64,000 bases of DNA from Gemmatimonadota bacterium (GCA_039587475.1 JBDHIK010000005.1:5741-69740), one strand, 5' to 3'; shown: positions 27,637 to 37,913, counted from the stretch's first letter. Numbers and translations: made by a program. Notes: generated from the letters alone by a model not told the origin.

Positions 27637-29186
27637 GCGTCCCTCAGATCCCGGCCCGTCATCTCAGGCGGCGGGTCGATACCAAGCAAGTGCAGGACGG
27701 TGGGGCCCACGTCGCACAGGCTCCCGCCGGCACGCAGCCGGTCAGCGCCCGTGCGCACGCCGATGAAAGGGACGGGGTTGGTCGTATGGGCCGTATGCGG
27801 CCCGCCGGTCTCGGGATCGATCATCATTTCACAGTTTCCATGGTCCGCCGTGATCAGGACCGTCGCCTCCGCTGATTCCGCACTGGCGAGGACTCGGCGC
27901 AGACAGGTATCCACCGTTTCCACGGCGGAGATGATAGCAGGTTCGACGCCCGTATGGCCGACCATGTCGGCGTTGGCATAGTTGCACAAGATGAAGTCGT
28001 GGTCTCGTGCCGCAATGGCGTCGCACAACACATCGGTAATGCCCACGGCACTCATCTCCGGCGCCAGGTCGTACGTGGCCACGTCCCGTCTGGAGGGAAC
28101 CAGCTCACGCTGTTCGTTACGCATCGGCGGCTCGTGACCACCGTTGAAGAAATACGTCACATGCGGATACTTCTCGGTCTCCGCGGTGCGCAATTGCGTG
28201 CGGCCCTGTTCGGCCAGCATCTCTCCGACGATCCGCGCCATGCTCTGAGGCGGGAAGGCCTGTGGTACGGGAAAGGTCTGGTCGTACTCCGTCATCGTTA
28301 CCATCGACACCGTAGGCGGGTCTGCCGCAAACCCATCGAAATCCTCCACCATCAATGCCCGCACCATCTGTCGCATCCGGTCACTCCGGAAGTTGAAGCA
28401 CAGGATGCCGTCGCCGTCCCGAATGGTGGCGCGCGCCTGTCCGGCTTCGTCGGTCAGGACGACCGGCAGAACGAATTCGTCGGTTTCGCCCCGGTCGTAG
28501 GCCGTCTGCACCGCCGCGGTGGCGTCGCTCGCCCGGGCGCCGACGCCACGCACCATGGCGTCGTACGCCGCCTGCGTCCTGTCCCAGCGCCGGTCGCGAT
28601 CCATCGCGTAGAAGCGACCGGACAGGGTCGCGAGAACGCTGCCAGCCACTCCCAGGCGATCCAGATCCTGCTCCAGGGCTCGAACCACCTCCAACCCGGA
28701 TGTCGGCGGAGAATCACGGCCGTCGAGGAAGCCATGGACCGCGACCGGAATCTGATGGCGCGCCGCCAATTCGATGCAGGCCAGCAGGTGGCGGTCGATG
28801 GCGTGGACCCCACCGAATCCGAGGAGGCCCATCAAGTGGAGCGTCCCACCGGAACGACGAACCCCGTCGCAGAGTTCGCTGAGCATTTCGTTCTGAAAGA
28901 ACTCGCCCGAGGCAACGGCCTGATCGATCCGGACGATATCCTGCATGACGACCCGACCGGCGCCAAGGTTCAGATGCCCCACCTCGCTGTTGCCCATTTG
29001 TCCGGCCGGCAGCCCTACCGCGAGGCCGCTGGCCTCCAGCAGCGTCCGGGCCGGGTGGCGCCACAGCGTGTCCCATGTCGGTGTTTCTGCCAGCCGGATG
29101 GCGTTCCCGTCACTGGCCTCTCGATGGCCCCACCCGTCCAGGACGATCAGGACCACGTTCTTGGCGGGTGCCAGGCTGTTTGACAT
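27633..29186 (-). CDS. gpmI: 2,3-bisphosphoglycerate-independent phosphoglycerate mutase
   Basis: 517 aa with the LIVLDGWG N-terminus, SEVGHLNLGAGR, ADHGN and a full-length iPGM pattern. GGAGA lies 5 nt upstream of the ATG. Confidence 0.92.
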   Translation of the reverse strand: MSNSLAPAKNVVLIVLDGWGHREASDGNAIRLAETPTWDTLWRHPARTLLEASGLAVGLPAGQMGNSEVGHLNLGAGRVVMQDIVRIDQAVASGEFFQNEMLSELCDGVRRSGGTLHLMGLLGFGGVHAIDRHLLACIELAARHQIPVAVHGFLDGRDSPPTSGLEVVRALEQDLDRLGVAGSVLATLSGRFYAMDRDRRWDRTQAAYDAMVRGVGARASDATAAVQTAYDRGETDEFVLPVVLTDEAGQARATIRDGDGILCFNFRSDRMRQMVRALMVEDFDGFAADPPTVSMVTMTEYDQTFPVPQAFPPQSMARIVGEMLAEQGRTQLRTAETEKYPHVTYFFNGGHEPPMRNEQRELVPSRRDVATYDLAPEMSAVGITDVLCDAIAARDHDFILCNYANADMVGHTGVEPAIISAVETVDTCLRRVLASAESAEATVLITADHGNCEMMIDPETGGPHTAHTTNPVPFIGVRTGADRLRAGGSLCDVGPTVLHLLGIDPPPEMTGRDLRDA

Positions 29187-29208
29187 GGTTCTCCGGTGTT
29201 TCTACAAT
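29180..29208 (+). promoter_or_regulatory. Consensus sigma-70 promoter (TTGACA-17 nt-TACAAT) facing the SH3-repeat gene
   Basis: TTGACA is at 29180-29185 and overlaps the gpmI start codon on the other strand. A 17-nt spacer is followed by TACAAT at 29203-29208. Confidence 0.55.
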
Positions 29209-29249
29209 GCCACATCGTGACCGACGCGCCGGAATCTAGTCCAGCCCTC

Positions 29250-30206
29250 ATGCGGCTACCAGCCTTGCTGGGCCTCTGTGCCCTCATCGCGCTCCCCATA
29301 CAGGCCCAGGAACAGGGCGCTACCCTCCAACCGGGCGCCTTCATGCGCACCCCCATGGGCGTGCAACTGGGCACGATCCTGGCCGGCGCCACGGTCACCG
29401 TGGATTCCACTGCCGGGTCCTGGCGTCACGTCACGCTCGAAGGCTGGATCTTTACGGCCTCGACCCGACAGGACCGCCGCGAGGGGTTCGACTTGTCCGT
29501 GCGGGCCTCCCCGACCGAGAATCTCCGCGCCACCCCCAATGGGACCATCGTCGCCAGATTGGCGGAAGGCGCCCTGCTGCACCGGGTGAGGACACAGGGC
29601 GGCTGGACGCGGGTGCGCCGCAGCGGCTGGATTCCCGAACGGAGCCTCCCCGTCGAAGAGCAGCTGGTGGCCGAATCCGAGGAGCCGACCACCGATCCCA
29701 ACCGGGTCGAGGTGCCGGCAGAGGTGTCACTACGGTTGCAGCCGGACGGCCCGGCCACCGGATCGCTGGCGCCGGGATCCCGGGCCACCGTCATCGCCCG
29801 CTCAGGGCAGTGGGCCCGGGTGCAGGTCGAAGGCTGGATCCATCTGGATTCCCTGGCGCCTGCCTCGGGTGGGGCCCGGATCGGGGTCACCGCGGCGGAG
29901 GTCAGAGCCAACCCCGACCGCTATATCGGGCAGCTGGTCGATTGGCAGCTGCAGCTGGTGGCGGTCCAGACGGCGGACGAGTTGCGGCCTGAGGTACCTC
30001 TGGGGCAACGCTACCTGCTCACGCGGGGGCCGGCACCAGAAATCGGCTTTGTCTACGTCCTGCTCGACGACGAGCAGGCGGAGCGCCTCGAGGGCTTGCA
30101 GCCGCTCGAAGACCTACTTCTCCGGGTCAAGATCCTGGCGGCCCGGACCCGATACCTCCCCAATCCGGTGGTCGATCTGCAGCAGATCCTCGATCCTGGT
30201 CCCTGA
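29250..30206 (+). CDS. Secreted protein with three bacterial SH3-like repeats
   Basis: ATG 29250 gives the signal peptide MRLPALLGLCALIALPIQAQE. It has three repeats of the pattern ...G..V.V....G.W..V...GWI. An in-frame GTG at 29217 is an alternative start. Confidence 0.6.
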   Translation: MRLPALLGLCALIALPIQAQEQGATLQPGAFMRTPMGVQLGTILAGATVTVDSTAGSWRHVTLEGWIFTASTRQDRREGFDLSVRASPTENLRATPNGTIVARLAEGALLHRVRTQGGWTRVRRSGWIPERSLPVEEQLVAESEEPTTDPNRVEVPAEVSLRLQPDGPATGSLAPGSRATVIARSGQWARVQVEGWIHLDSLAPASGGARIGVTAAEVRANPDRYIGQLVDWQLQLVAVQTADELRPEVPLGQRYLLTRGPAPEIGFVYVLLDDEQAERLEGLQPLEDLLLRVKILAARTRYLPNPVVDLQQILDPGP

Positions 30207-30305
30207 CGATCTGTTGGCCTGGATCTGGCATGAGCGGGGTGGGAGGATCTACCTTTCGGTCCGTCCTCATGTGACAGATCCCGACACGAGGCGCAGGAGG
30301 CAGGA

Positions 30306-30692
30306 ATGAACGATCTGCTCAAGCAGAGGATTCTGCGGAGCCTGGAGAGCCTGGACGACGAGCGTGGCTACCGCATTCTCGACTACATCGAGTTCCTCGA
30401 CAGCAAGTACGCCCAGCGGGCCAATCCGTCCGGTATCTTCGCCAAGATCACGGATACCGTCGAGGACACCATGCGAGCGGGGAAGCTGCCCATCCAGGCC
30501 ATTTCGGGCACCATGGGACTGATGGACAGCGCCGGCAAGGTCATGAAGGGTCTGGCCGCCGCGGGCGAGGTCGTGGTCGGCGAGGCGGTACGGGCCGCCG
30601 AGGACGCCACCAGCGCCATTACCGGAGGGACAGATCAGGAGGACACGCCGTCTCAACCCGGCCAGCGGGGGACGGGGGAAGGCTCGCCATAG
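30306..30692 (+). CDS. Hypothetical protein (N-terminal DUF2281-like helix, Gly/Ala-rich C-terminus)
   Basis: AGGAGG lies upstream of ATG 30306. The sequence contains LESLDDERGYRILDYIEFLDSKY. There is no partner gene. Confidence 0.4.
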   Translation: MNDLLKQRILRSLESLDDERGYRILDYIEFLDSKYAQRANPSGIFAKITDTVEDTMRAGKLPIQAISGTMGLMDSAGKVMKGLAAAGEVVVGEAVRAAEDATSAITGGTDQEDTPSQPGQRGTGEGSP

Positions 30693-30737
30693 CGCTTGGA
30701 GCTTGCGCGGCACTGACCTGCCGTCTATCGTTGGTGA

Positions 30738-32282
<1,545 letters not shown>

Positions 32283-32287
32283 GCGAC

Positions 32288-32358
32288 GAGAGGGGAGAAG
32301 GGAGAAGCTCTTCTTCCCACTCCTCTCACTCTCTCCTGCTCCCTCTTATCTTCCCCTC
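32288..32358 (+). other. Strand-asymmetric tract: 20-nt polypurine block followed by about 50-nt polypyrimidine run
   Basis: GAGAGGGGAGAAGGGAGAAG is followed by CTCTTCTTCCCACTCCTCTCACTCTCTCCTGCTCCCTCTTATCTTCCCCTC, running up to the nrnA ATG. The two blocks are partly complementary (GAGAGG/CCTCTC ends). Confidence 0.5.
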
Positions 32359-33414
32359 ATGCCCATCACCCTTAGCGACGACAAACGGCAGGCGGCACGC
32401 GACCTGGCCGAGGTATTCCGCCGCGGCCAACGCGTCTGCCTCACGACGCACGTCAATCCGGACGGGGACGGCCTGGGGAGTGAAGTGGCCCTGTTGCGGT
32501 TGCTCCGGGCCCAGGGTGTGGAGGCCGTGGTGACCAATCCCACGCCGACACCACCCCGGCTTCAGTTCATCTTCGAGGACGCCCCGGAAGCCGACCGAAC
32601 GGCGGAAGCCATCAAGGAACTGCGTCGCGCGGACGTCATCGTCGTGCTGGACATCGCGGACCTCGGGCGGCTGGGATCGCTCGGCCCGGTGGTGGAGGAG
32701 CGTGGCGTCACGGTGGCCTGCATCGACCACCACGTCAGCGGCGGGACCCTCCCGGACGGTCCTCGCTATGTCGACGCCACCGCGGCCGCCACCGGGGAGC
32801 TGGTCTTCGAGATCGCGCTGGCCAACGGGTGGGATGTCGATCAGGCCACGGCCCAGGCCCTCTACGTGGCCCTCATGACCGACACGGGCGGCTTCCGGTT
32901 CAGCAACACCCGTCCCCGCACCCTGCGCATCGGCGCCGATCTTCTCGAACGCGGCCTGCATCCCGAGGAGATCTACAGCCAGGTGTACGCTTCGGTGCCG
33001 GAAGGGCGCCCCAGGCTGGTGGGAGAGGCGTTGCAGACGCTGATGGTGGATCACGACGCCGGTCTCGCGTGGATCACCGTGCCGCCCGGTGCCATCGAGC
33101 GACACGGCCTGACGGCCGATGACCTCGATGGCGTCGTGGAGTATCCCCGGTCCATCGCCGGGGTACGCATGGCGCTCATGTTCAGGGAGATCGCCCGGGG
33201 TCGCATCAAGATATCGGCGCGATCGGTTGGTGACGTGGACGTCGCAGACTTCGCCCGCCGGTTCGGGGGCGGGGGACACACCAAAGCGGCGGGCCTCTCG
33301 GTCGAAGGCTCCCTCGCTGCGGTGCAGGCCCAGGTGCTCGAAGCCGCACGGAATTACCTTCAATCCGGCCCCGACCAGGAAATCGTCCAGGTCCCGGCGG
33401 CCCATGCCGACTGA
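32359..33414 (+). CDS. nrnA: DHH/DHHA1 phosphoesterase (NrnA-like oligoribonuclease/pAp phosphatase)
   Basis: HVNPDGDGLGS, CIDHHVS and GGGH motifs are present. There is no Shine-Dalgarno sequence, because the leader is polypyrimidine. Confidence 0.8.
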   Translation: MPITLSDDKRQAARDLAEVFRRGQRVCLTTHVNPDGDGLGSEVALLRLLRAQGVEAVVTNPTPTPPRLQFIFEDAPEADRTAEAIKELRRADVIVVLDIADLGRLGSLGPVVEERGVTVACIDHHVSGGTLPDGPRYVDATAAATGELVFEIALANGWDVDQATAQALYVALMTDTGGFRFSNTRPRTLRIGADLLERGLHPEEIYSQVYASVPEGRPRLVGEALQTLMVDHDAGLAWITVPPGAIERHGLTADDLDGVVEYPRSIAGVRMALMFREIARGRIKISARSVGDVDVADFARRFGGGGHTKAAGLSVEGSLAAVQAQVLEAARNYLQSGPDQEIVQVPAAHAD

Positions 33415-33420
33415 TGAGGT

Positions 33421-34536
33421 GTGACGTTGTCTCTTGAAGCTCGGGTCACCACAGCGCTGACCCAGATACAGAACCCCCGACTCGAGAACGATTTGATTTC
33501 CGCCGGGATGGTGCGTGACCTCATCGTGTCTGACACGGGCCAGGTCGCGCTCACATTCCTGTTGGGCCGTGACGACCCGGCGACGCTGGTTCGGCAGACA
33601 CGTAAAGCCGTACAGGCCGTCGATGGGGTCTCGAGCGTGCAGATCGATGTGGTCGATCCCGGTGGTGCCGGTGCTGGAGCGGGCGCCCCTGCCGGGGCCC
33701 AGCCCGCTGCGGCCCGGACCGAGCCCGTTCCGGCACCGACGCCTTCCGCCATGCCCAATCTGGGACAGGTCATCGCCATTTCGTCGGGCAAGGGCGGTGT
33801 GGGCAAGTCCACGGTTTCGGTCAATCTCGCCGTGGCCCTGGCCCAGGCGGGTCGCCGGGTAGGGTTGATGGACGGCGACGTCTACGGACCCAACATCCCG
33901 AGGATGTTCGGTGTCTTCGACCAGCCAGCCGTCCGCGACGGCCGCATCCAGCCCCACGAAGCGGCCGGGGTGAAGATCATGTCGTTGGGATTCCTGATTG
34001 AACGCGACGCCCCCGCGATCTGGCGCGGTCCGATCATCATGAAAGTGGTGCAGCAGTTCCTCAACGACGTCGATTGGGGCGAGCTCGACTACCTCCTGGT
34101 GGACCTCCCCCCCGGCACCGGCGACGCTCAGCTATCTCTGGTGCAGACCATTCAGGTCAGCGGTGCGGTGATCGTCACGACGCCCCAGGAAATGGCGGTC
34201 GGTGATGCCCTCAGAGGCGCCAAGATGTTCGAACGAGTCAACGTCCCGGTCGTCGGAGTGGTCGAAAACATGAGCGGGTTCGTGTGCCCCCACTGCCACG
34301 AGCGAACCGACATCTTCCTGACCGGCGGTGGCGATCGGCTGGCAGAGGAGACCGGGGTCCCGCTGTTGGCCCGGGTCCCGCTGCAGTCCCGGCTGGCCGA
34401 CCACGCCGATCAGGGACTGCCGGTGGTTCTGGCCGAACCGGACAGCCCAGCCGCCGAAGCGTTCCGGGAACTGGCCAAGACGATTGGAACCAAGTTGGGG
34501 GAGAAGCGGATGACGCTCCCCATTATTCAGGGCTAG
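33421..34536 (+). CDS. apbC: Fe-S cluster carrier ATPase Mrp/ApbC with N-terminal DUF59 domain
   Basis: SGKGGVGKST deviant Walker A, the CPHC motif and an N-terminal DUF59-like segment. Confidence 0.88.
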   Translation: MTLSLEARVTTALTQIQNPRLENDLISAGMVRDLIVSDTGQVALTFLLGRDDPATLVRQTRKAVQAVDGVSSVQIDVVDPGGAGAGAGAPAGAQPAAARTEPVPAPTPSAMPNLGQVIAISSGKGGVGKSTVSVNLAVALAQAGRRVGLMDGDVYGPNIPRMFGVFDQPAVRDGRIQPHEAAGVKIMSLGFLIERDAPAIWRGPIIMKVVQQFLNDVDWGELDYLLVDLPPGTGDAQLSLVQTIQVSGAVIVTTPQEMAVGDALRGAKMFERVNVPVVGVVENMSGFVCPHCHERTDIFLTGGGDRLAEETGVPLLARVPLQSRLADHADQGLPVVLAEPDSPAAEAFRELAKTIGTKLGEKRMTLPIIQG

Positions 34537-35396
34537 TTACCGGGTGCCGGGTCGATCCATTCGATCTTGACCTGGCCCAGGGACGTCTTGAGGCTGACGT
34601 CCAATCTGCGCTCGGCGTCCTGGTAGTCCCCGGTGACGTAGGCGTCACCCTGCTTCTCGAAACCCTTCGGGTCGAGCAGGGCCAGAAAATTGTCGGTGGT
34701 CATCCGGACGCCAACCCCGCGCGGCAGGCGCAACGTCAGCCCGCCGGCCGCCATGCGCGCCTCGAGGGTCATGCCCTGGCGCCAACTACCGCTGAAATCC
34801 AGGACGGTGGCGCCCACGCCGCCGTCAAAGCGAATAGTGTCGCATCGGCTGTTGCCCAACCCCATGACCCGGAATTCGGCCGCACCGGCCCGGAACACCC
34901 CGGCGCTGCAGCGGACCCGGTTCGGGCTGGTGAACCGGGCCACCGTCTTGCTCCCGCCGTTGCTCACCGTGAACCCGACCAGACGAAGGCCACCCAGCTC
35001 CAGCTCCGCGTTGACGGCCTCCAGGCGTGCGTCCAGCGTGAGGTCGACGGACGGACTGAAGACGACATTGGCCGCCTGCCCCAGTTGGGTCGCCTTCGAG
35101 ACCCGAAGCCCGCCGCCGCCAATGCTCTCCAACCCCAGCACCACCTCGCCGGCGACCGCATCGTACCGGCCGCTCGGGCTGAACCGGTCGGCGTCGTAGA
35201 TCACTTCGAGGTGGTATAGCGTGCTGGCGCCGCCCGGAGCCAGGCGGAGAGAACCGGCCGTCAGCTGTACCTTGGCCGTGAGTTGCGTCTCGCCATGGAC
35301 CTGCCGGGCAGAGCTGAACGACCGCATCGTCTGGGCATGCAACAGCCCCGCCCCGGCAATCAGGGCGAAGAGCAGCCCGCTCGAACGGCCAATCAT
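34533..35396 (-). CDS. Secreted beta-rich protein, LiaF-C/toastrack (DUF4097/DUF2154)-like
   Basis: ATG 35396 overlaps the upstream stop (ATGA). It has the signal peptide MIGRSSGLLFALIAGAGLLHAQ and repeated G-x-L/V-x-L/V strand pairs. Its stop overlaps the apbC stop on the opposite strand (CTAG). Confidence 0.5.
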   Translation of the reverse strand: MIGRSSGLLFALIAGAGLLHAQTMRSFSSARQVHGETQLTAKVQLTAGSLRLAPGGASTLYHLEVIYDADRFSPSGRYDAVAGEVVLGLESIGGGGLRVSKATQLGQAANVVFSPSVDLTLDARLEAVNAELELGGLRLVGFTVSNGGSKTVARFTSPNRVRCSAGVFRAGAAEFRVMGLGNSRCDTIRFDGGVGATVLDFSGSWRQGMTLEARMAAGGLTLRLPRGVGVRMTTDNFLALLDPKGFEKQGDAYVTGDYQDAERRLDVSLKTSLGQVKIEWIDPAPGN

Positions 35397-36661
35397 ACCG
35401 GAGGCTTGGGGGGTCGCTTGGCCGCCGGAACCCCGAATTGCGGAGTGGCCCAGAGATACTCGTCGGTCATGGCTTCTGGTGGGAGAATGCGCCCGCTGAA
35501 GCCCTCGCGCAGGCCGGCCCGACTCAGCAGTGCCGCCCCGAACCCGGCCGTTCCCAGCAGCCAGGTGACCAGGAGTGCGATGCCCTGGATGACGGCCCCG
35601 GCCAGCGGCACCCACCCGAACACCACCCAGGCCCCCCACAGGGAGAACAGCCCGAGCAGTCCCACCAAGAGGAATCGGTAGCTATTGGGCGAGGCGACGG
35701 CAGTCCCCGTGGCCAGGCGTCGCCGGGTGTAGGTCTCCCCGATGGCGTGGGCCATGGCCAGGTAGCCCCCAACCGACGCCAGGATGAACAACAGGCCGTA
35801 GACGATGATGGCGAAGGGCAACAGGAGGATGCCGGCCACGCTCAAGGTCAAACCCACCACGATCATGCCGAAGGTCGGGAGCACCAGGATCTGGCCCAGG
35901 AGCCCCACGATGAACGATCTGCCAAACGAATGGGAAATGGTATCCGACACGACCTCCAAGTTGGTGCGTGCGAACAGCACCAACCCGAACCCCAAGACGG
36001 CCAACGACAGGAACACTCCCGTAACGCCGGCAGCCTTCTGCAAGGTGGCAACGACGGGTGAAATCGGTAGTGTCGCCTCCGGCAACTCGGAGGTGAGCGG
36101 GGGCGCCAGGGAACTCAACGTGCGGATGTCGCCGGTAATCTCCCCGCCCAGATCGTGGACCTGGCCGTTGTAGGCCAGCACGCTGCCGGAGATGAGGGCG
36201 CCGGGGTGAACGATGACGTCACCATCCACAGTCACCAGGTTGCCGTCCAGCCGCCCGTAGACGTCGGCAGACCCCTTCACCACCAGGTAGTCCCCGGAAA
36301 GGTGCTCGTTGGATCCCACGGAGAACTCACCCAGATGGGCCCGGCCACCGAGCACGGTGACCCGGAGGTCCGCCGCGGCCTGCATCGAAGCCTGGAACAG
36401 CACGGGTTCGAAGGCGTTCAGGTCCTCCAGGTTGCTCAGGTCCACGGTCAGACCCTGGGGCCCGGCTTCCTGGATCGCCTGGGAGAGGATGGCGGTCGTG
36501 GTGTCGACGTGTGGGGCGCCATGCTCGGTCGGCACCGCAGTGACGACGAATCCCGCCGCCGAGGCGCTCTCGGTGGGGTGATGGGTCGGGGTCGTTGTGG
36601 CGTGCGCTGGACCGGCGGCCCCGAGGGCCGCCGCGATCAGGAACAGGTCAGAATTGCGCAT
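35393..36661 (-). CDS. Polytopic membrane protein with periplasmic bactofilin-like (polymer-forming) beta-helix segment
   Basis: ATG 36661 (MRNSDLFLIAAALGAAGPAHA). The segment GDYLVVKGSADVYGRLDGNLVTVDGDVIVHPGALISGSVLAYNGQVHDLGGEITGDI matches the bactofilin repeat style. About 6 hydrophobic helices follow. Confidence 0.5.
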   Translation of the reverse strand: MRNSDLFLIAAALGAAGPAHATTTPTHHPTESASAAGFVVTAVPTEHGAPHVDTTTAILSQAIQEAGPQGLTVDLSNLEDLNAFEPVLFQASMQAAADLRVTVLGGRAHLGEFSVGSNEHLSGDYLVVKGSADVYGRLDGNLVTVDGDVIVHPGALISGSVLAYNGQVHDLGGEITGDIRTLSSLAPPLTSELPEATLPISPVVATLQKAAGVTGVFLSLAVLGFGLVLFARTNLEVVSDTISHSFGRSFIVGLLGQILVLPTFGMIVVGLTLSVAGILLLPFAIIVYGLLFILASVGGYLAMAHAIGETYTRRRLATGTAVASPNSYRFLLVGLLGLFSLWGAWVVFGWVPLAGAVIQGIALLVTWLLGTAGFGAALLSRAGLREGFSGRILPPEAMTDEYLWATPQFGVPAAKRPPKPPV

Positions 36662-37256
36662 GGGCCACCCGCTGTGTTGGAAGCGCCATGAGACGCCGCA
36701 ACGCGAGGACACCACTCAGGTAGAGGAGCGATGCCATGCCAGAGAACAGCGCCAGGCGGGCCGGTGTGCCGACCACATTCAGCGCGTCCTCATACCAGGG
36801 TTGCTCCACGAGGTTCGAGGCGAGTGCTTGAAGCCCAAGCCAGAACCAGCGGGCAGCCTCTCCGGCGACGCTCGTCCCGACCGCCGCGAAGAACTCCTGG
36901 TTGGCCAGACTCCACGCAACGCTGCCACCCATGGTCGCGACCAGCACGACGACGAGTGACGTTGCGAACACCAGGGAGCGCCTGCTCACTGCCACCTTGC
37001 CCCGCAGAGTCCGGAGTGCCCTGAGCGCGAATGGGTCTGGGACGTTGACGCGGGCCATGACCCGATCCCCGAATCCCGGGGCTGGGTCGAACCGTGGCAT
37101 CTCGTCCAGCAACCCGACCAACGTACGCTCGGCTTCCAGGAGCTCCCGGCAGTCTCGACATGATTCGAGATGCAACGATACCGGGGCCGCGGAGCTCTCC
37201 GAGAGCAGCGCGTCCAGGTCGTCCGGGGTCAGATGGTCCTGCTGGTGTTCATGCAT
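36648..37256 (-). CDS. Anti-sigma factor (zf-HC2 type, membrane spanning)
   Basis: It has an N-terminal HLESCRDCRELL (H-x3-C-x2-C) followed by transmembrane helices, and lies directly downstream of the ECF sigma gene. Confidence 0.65.
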   Translation of the reverse strand: MHEHQQDHLTPDDLDALLSESSAAPVSLHLESCRDCRELLEAERTLVGLLDEMPRFDPAPGFGDRVMARVNVPDPFALRALRTLRGKVAVSRRSLVFATSLVVVLVATMGGSVAWSLANQEFFAAVGTSVAGEAARWFWLGLQALASNLVEQPWYEDALNVVGTPARLALFSGMASLLYLSGVLALRRLMALPTQRVAHAQF

Positions 37257-37292
37257 TGCAAGCCCTCCTACGGGGAGCTTTTCGTGAAAGTT

Positions 37293-37898
37293 TCATTCGC
37301 GCAGGTGCGAGAGTGACTTACGTAACTCGTTGCGGGCACGGTGGATATAGGTCTTGACCGTACCGAGCGGGAGGTCCATCATCTCGGCGATTTCTTCGTA
37401 CGGCCGGCCTTCGACGTGGCGCAGCAGAATGCACGATCGATACTCCGGTCGGAGGTGGCTGATGGCCTCCTCGATCATGCCGCCAAGCTCTCTCGCTTCG
37501 ACGTACGCCAGCGGGCTGGGTCCTCTGCCACCGATCTGCAATGCGGTGGCTTCCATGGCCTCGGGTGTCCTGGCGTGCGGGGAGCCCTCGATGGACAGCG
37601 TCTGCAGTTCGCGCCGCCGCAGATGATCGATGGTGGCGTTGTTGGCGATCTTGAAGATCCAGGAGGAGAACTTGTACTCGGGCCGGTACGAGTCGATGGC
37701 GTTCAATGCCTTGACGAAGGTCTCCTGGGACAGGTCCTCCGCCAGCTCGCGGTCACGTACCATCCGGTAGATGAGGGAGAAGATGGGCCGCTCATACCGG
37801 CGGATCAGTTCGCGGTATGCCGTCTCCCGGCCTTTCCTCGCGTCCAGGACGACCTGTTGGTCGGTGGCCTCTCGATAATCGACCGGTTCAGCCCCCAC
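37293..37898 (-). CDS. ECF-type RNA polymerase sigma factor
   Basis: GTG 37898 has GGGAGGA upstream. Region 2 (YRELIRRYERPIFSLIYRMVRDRELAEDLSQETFVKA) and region 4 (YRSCILLRHVEGRPYEEIAEMMDLPLGTVKTYIHRAR) are both present. Confidence 0.85.
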   Translation of the reverse strand: MGAEPVDYREATDQQVVLDARKGRETAYRELIRRYERPIFSLIYRMVRDRELAEDLSQETFVKALNAIDSYRPEYKFSSWIFKIANNATIDHLRRRELQTLSIEGSPHARTPEAMEATALQIGGRGPSPLAYVEARELGGMIEEAISHLRPEYRSCILLRHVEGRPYEEIAEMMDLPLGTVKTYIHRARNELRKSLSHLRE

Positions 37899-37913
37899 GC
37901 GAGGTCCTCCCGC

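Noticed and set aside
30306-30692. A DUF2281-like N-terminus suggesting an antitoxin.
   Set aside because: No adjacent toxin-like ORF (PIN, RelE, HipA or similar) exists on either side. The rest of the protein is Gly/Ala-rich and unlike small antitoxins.
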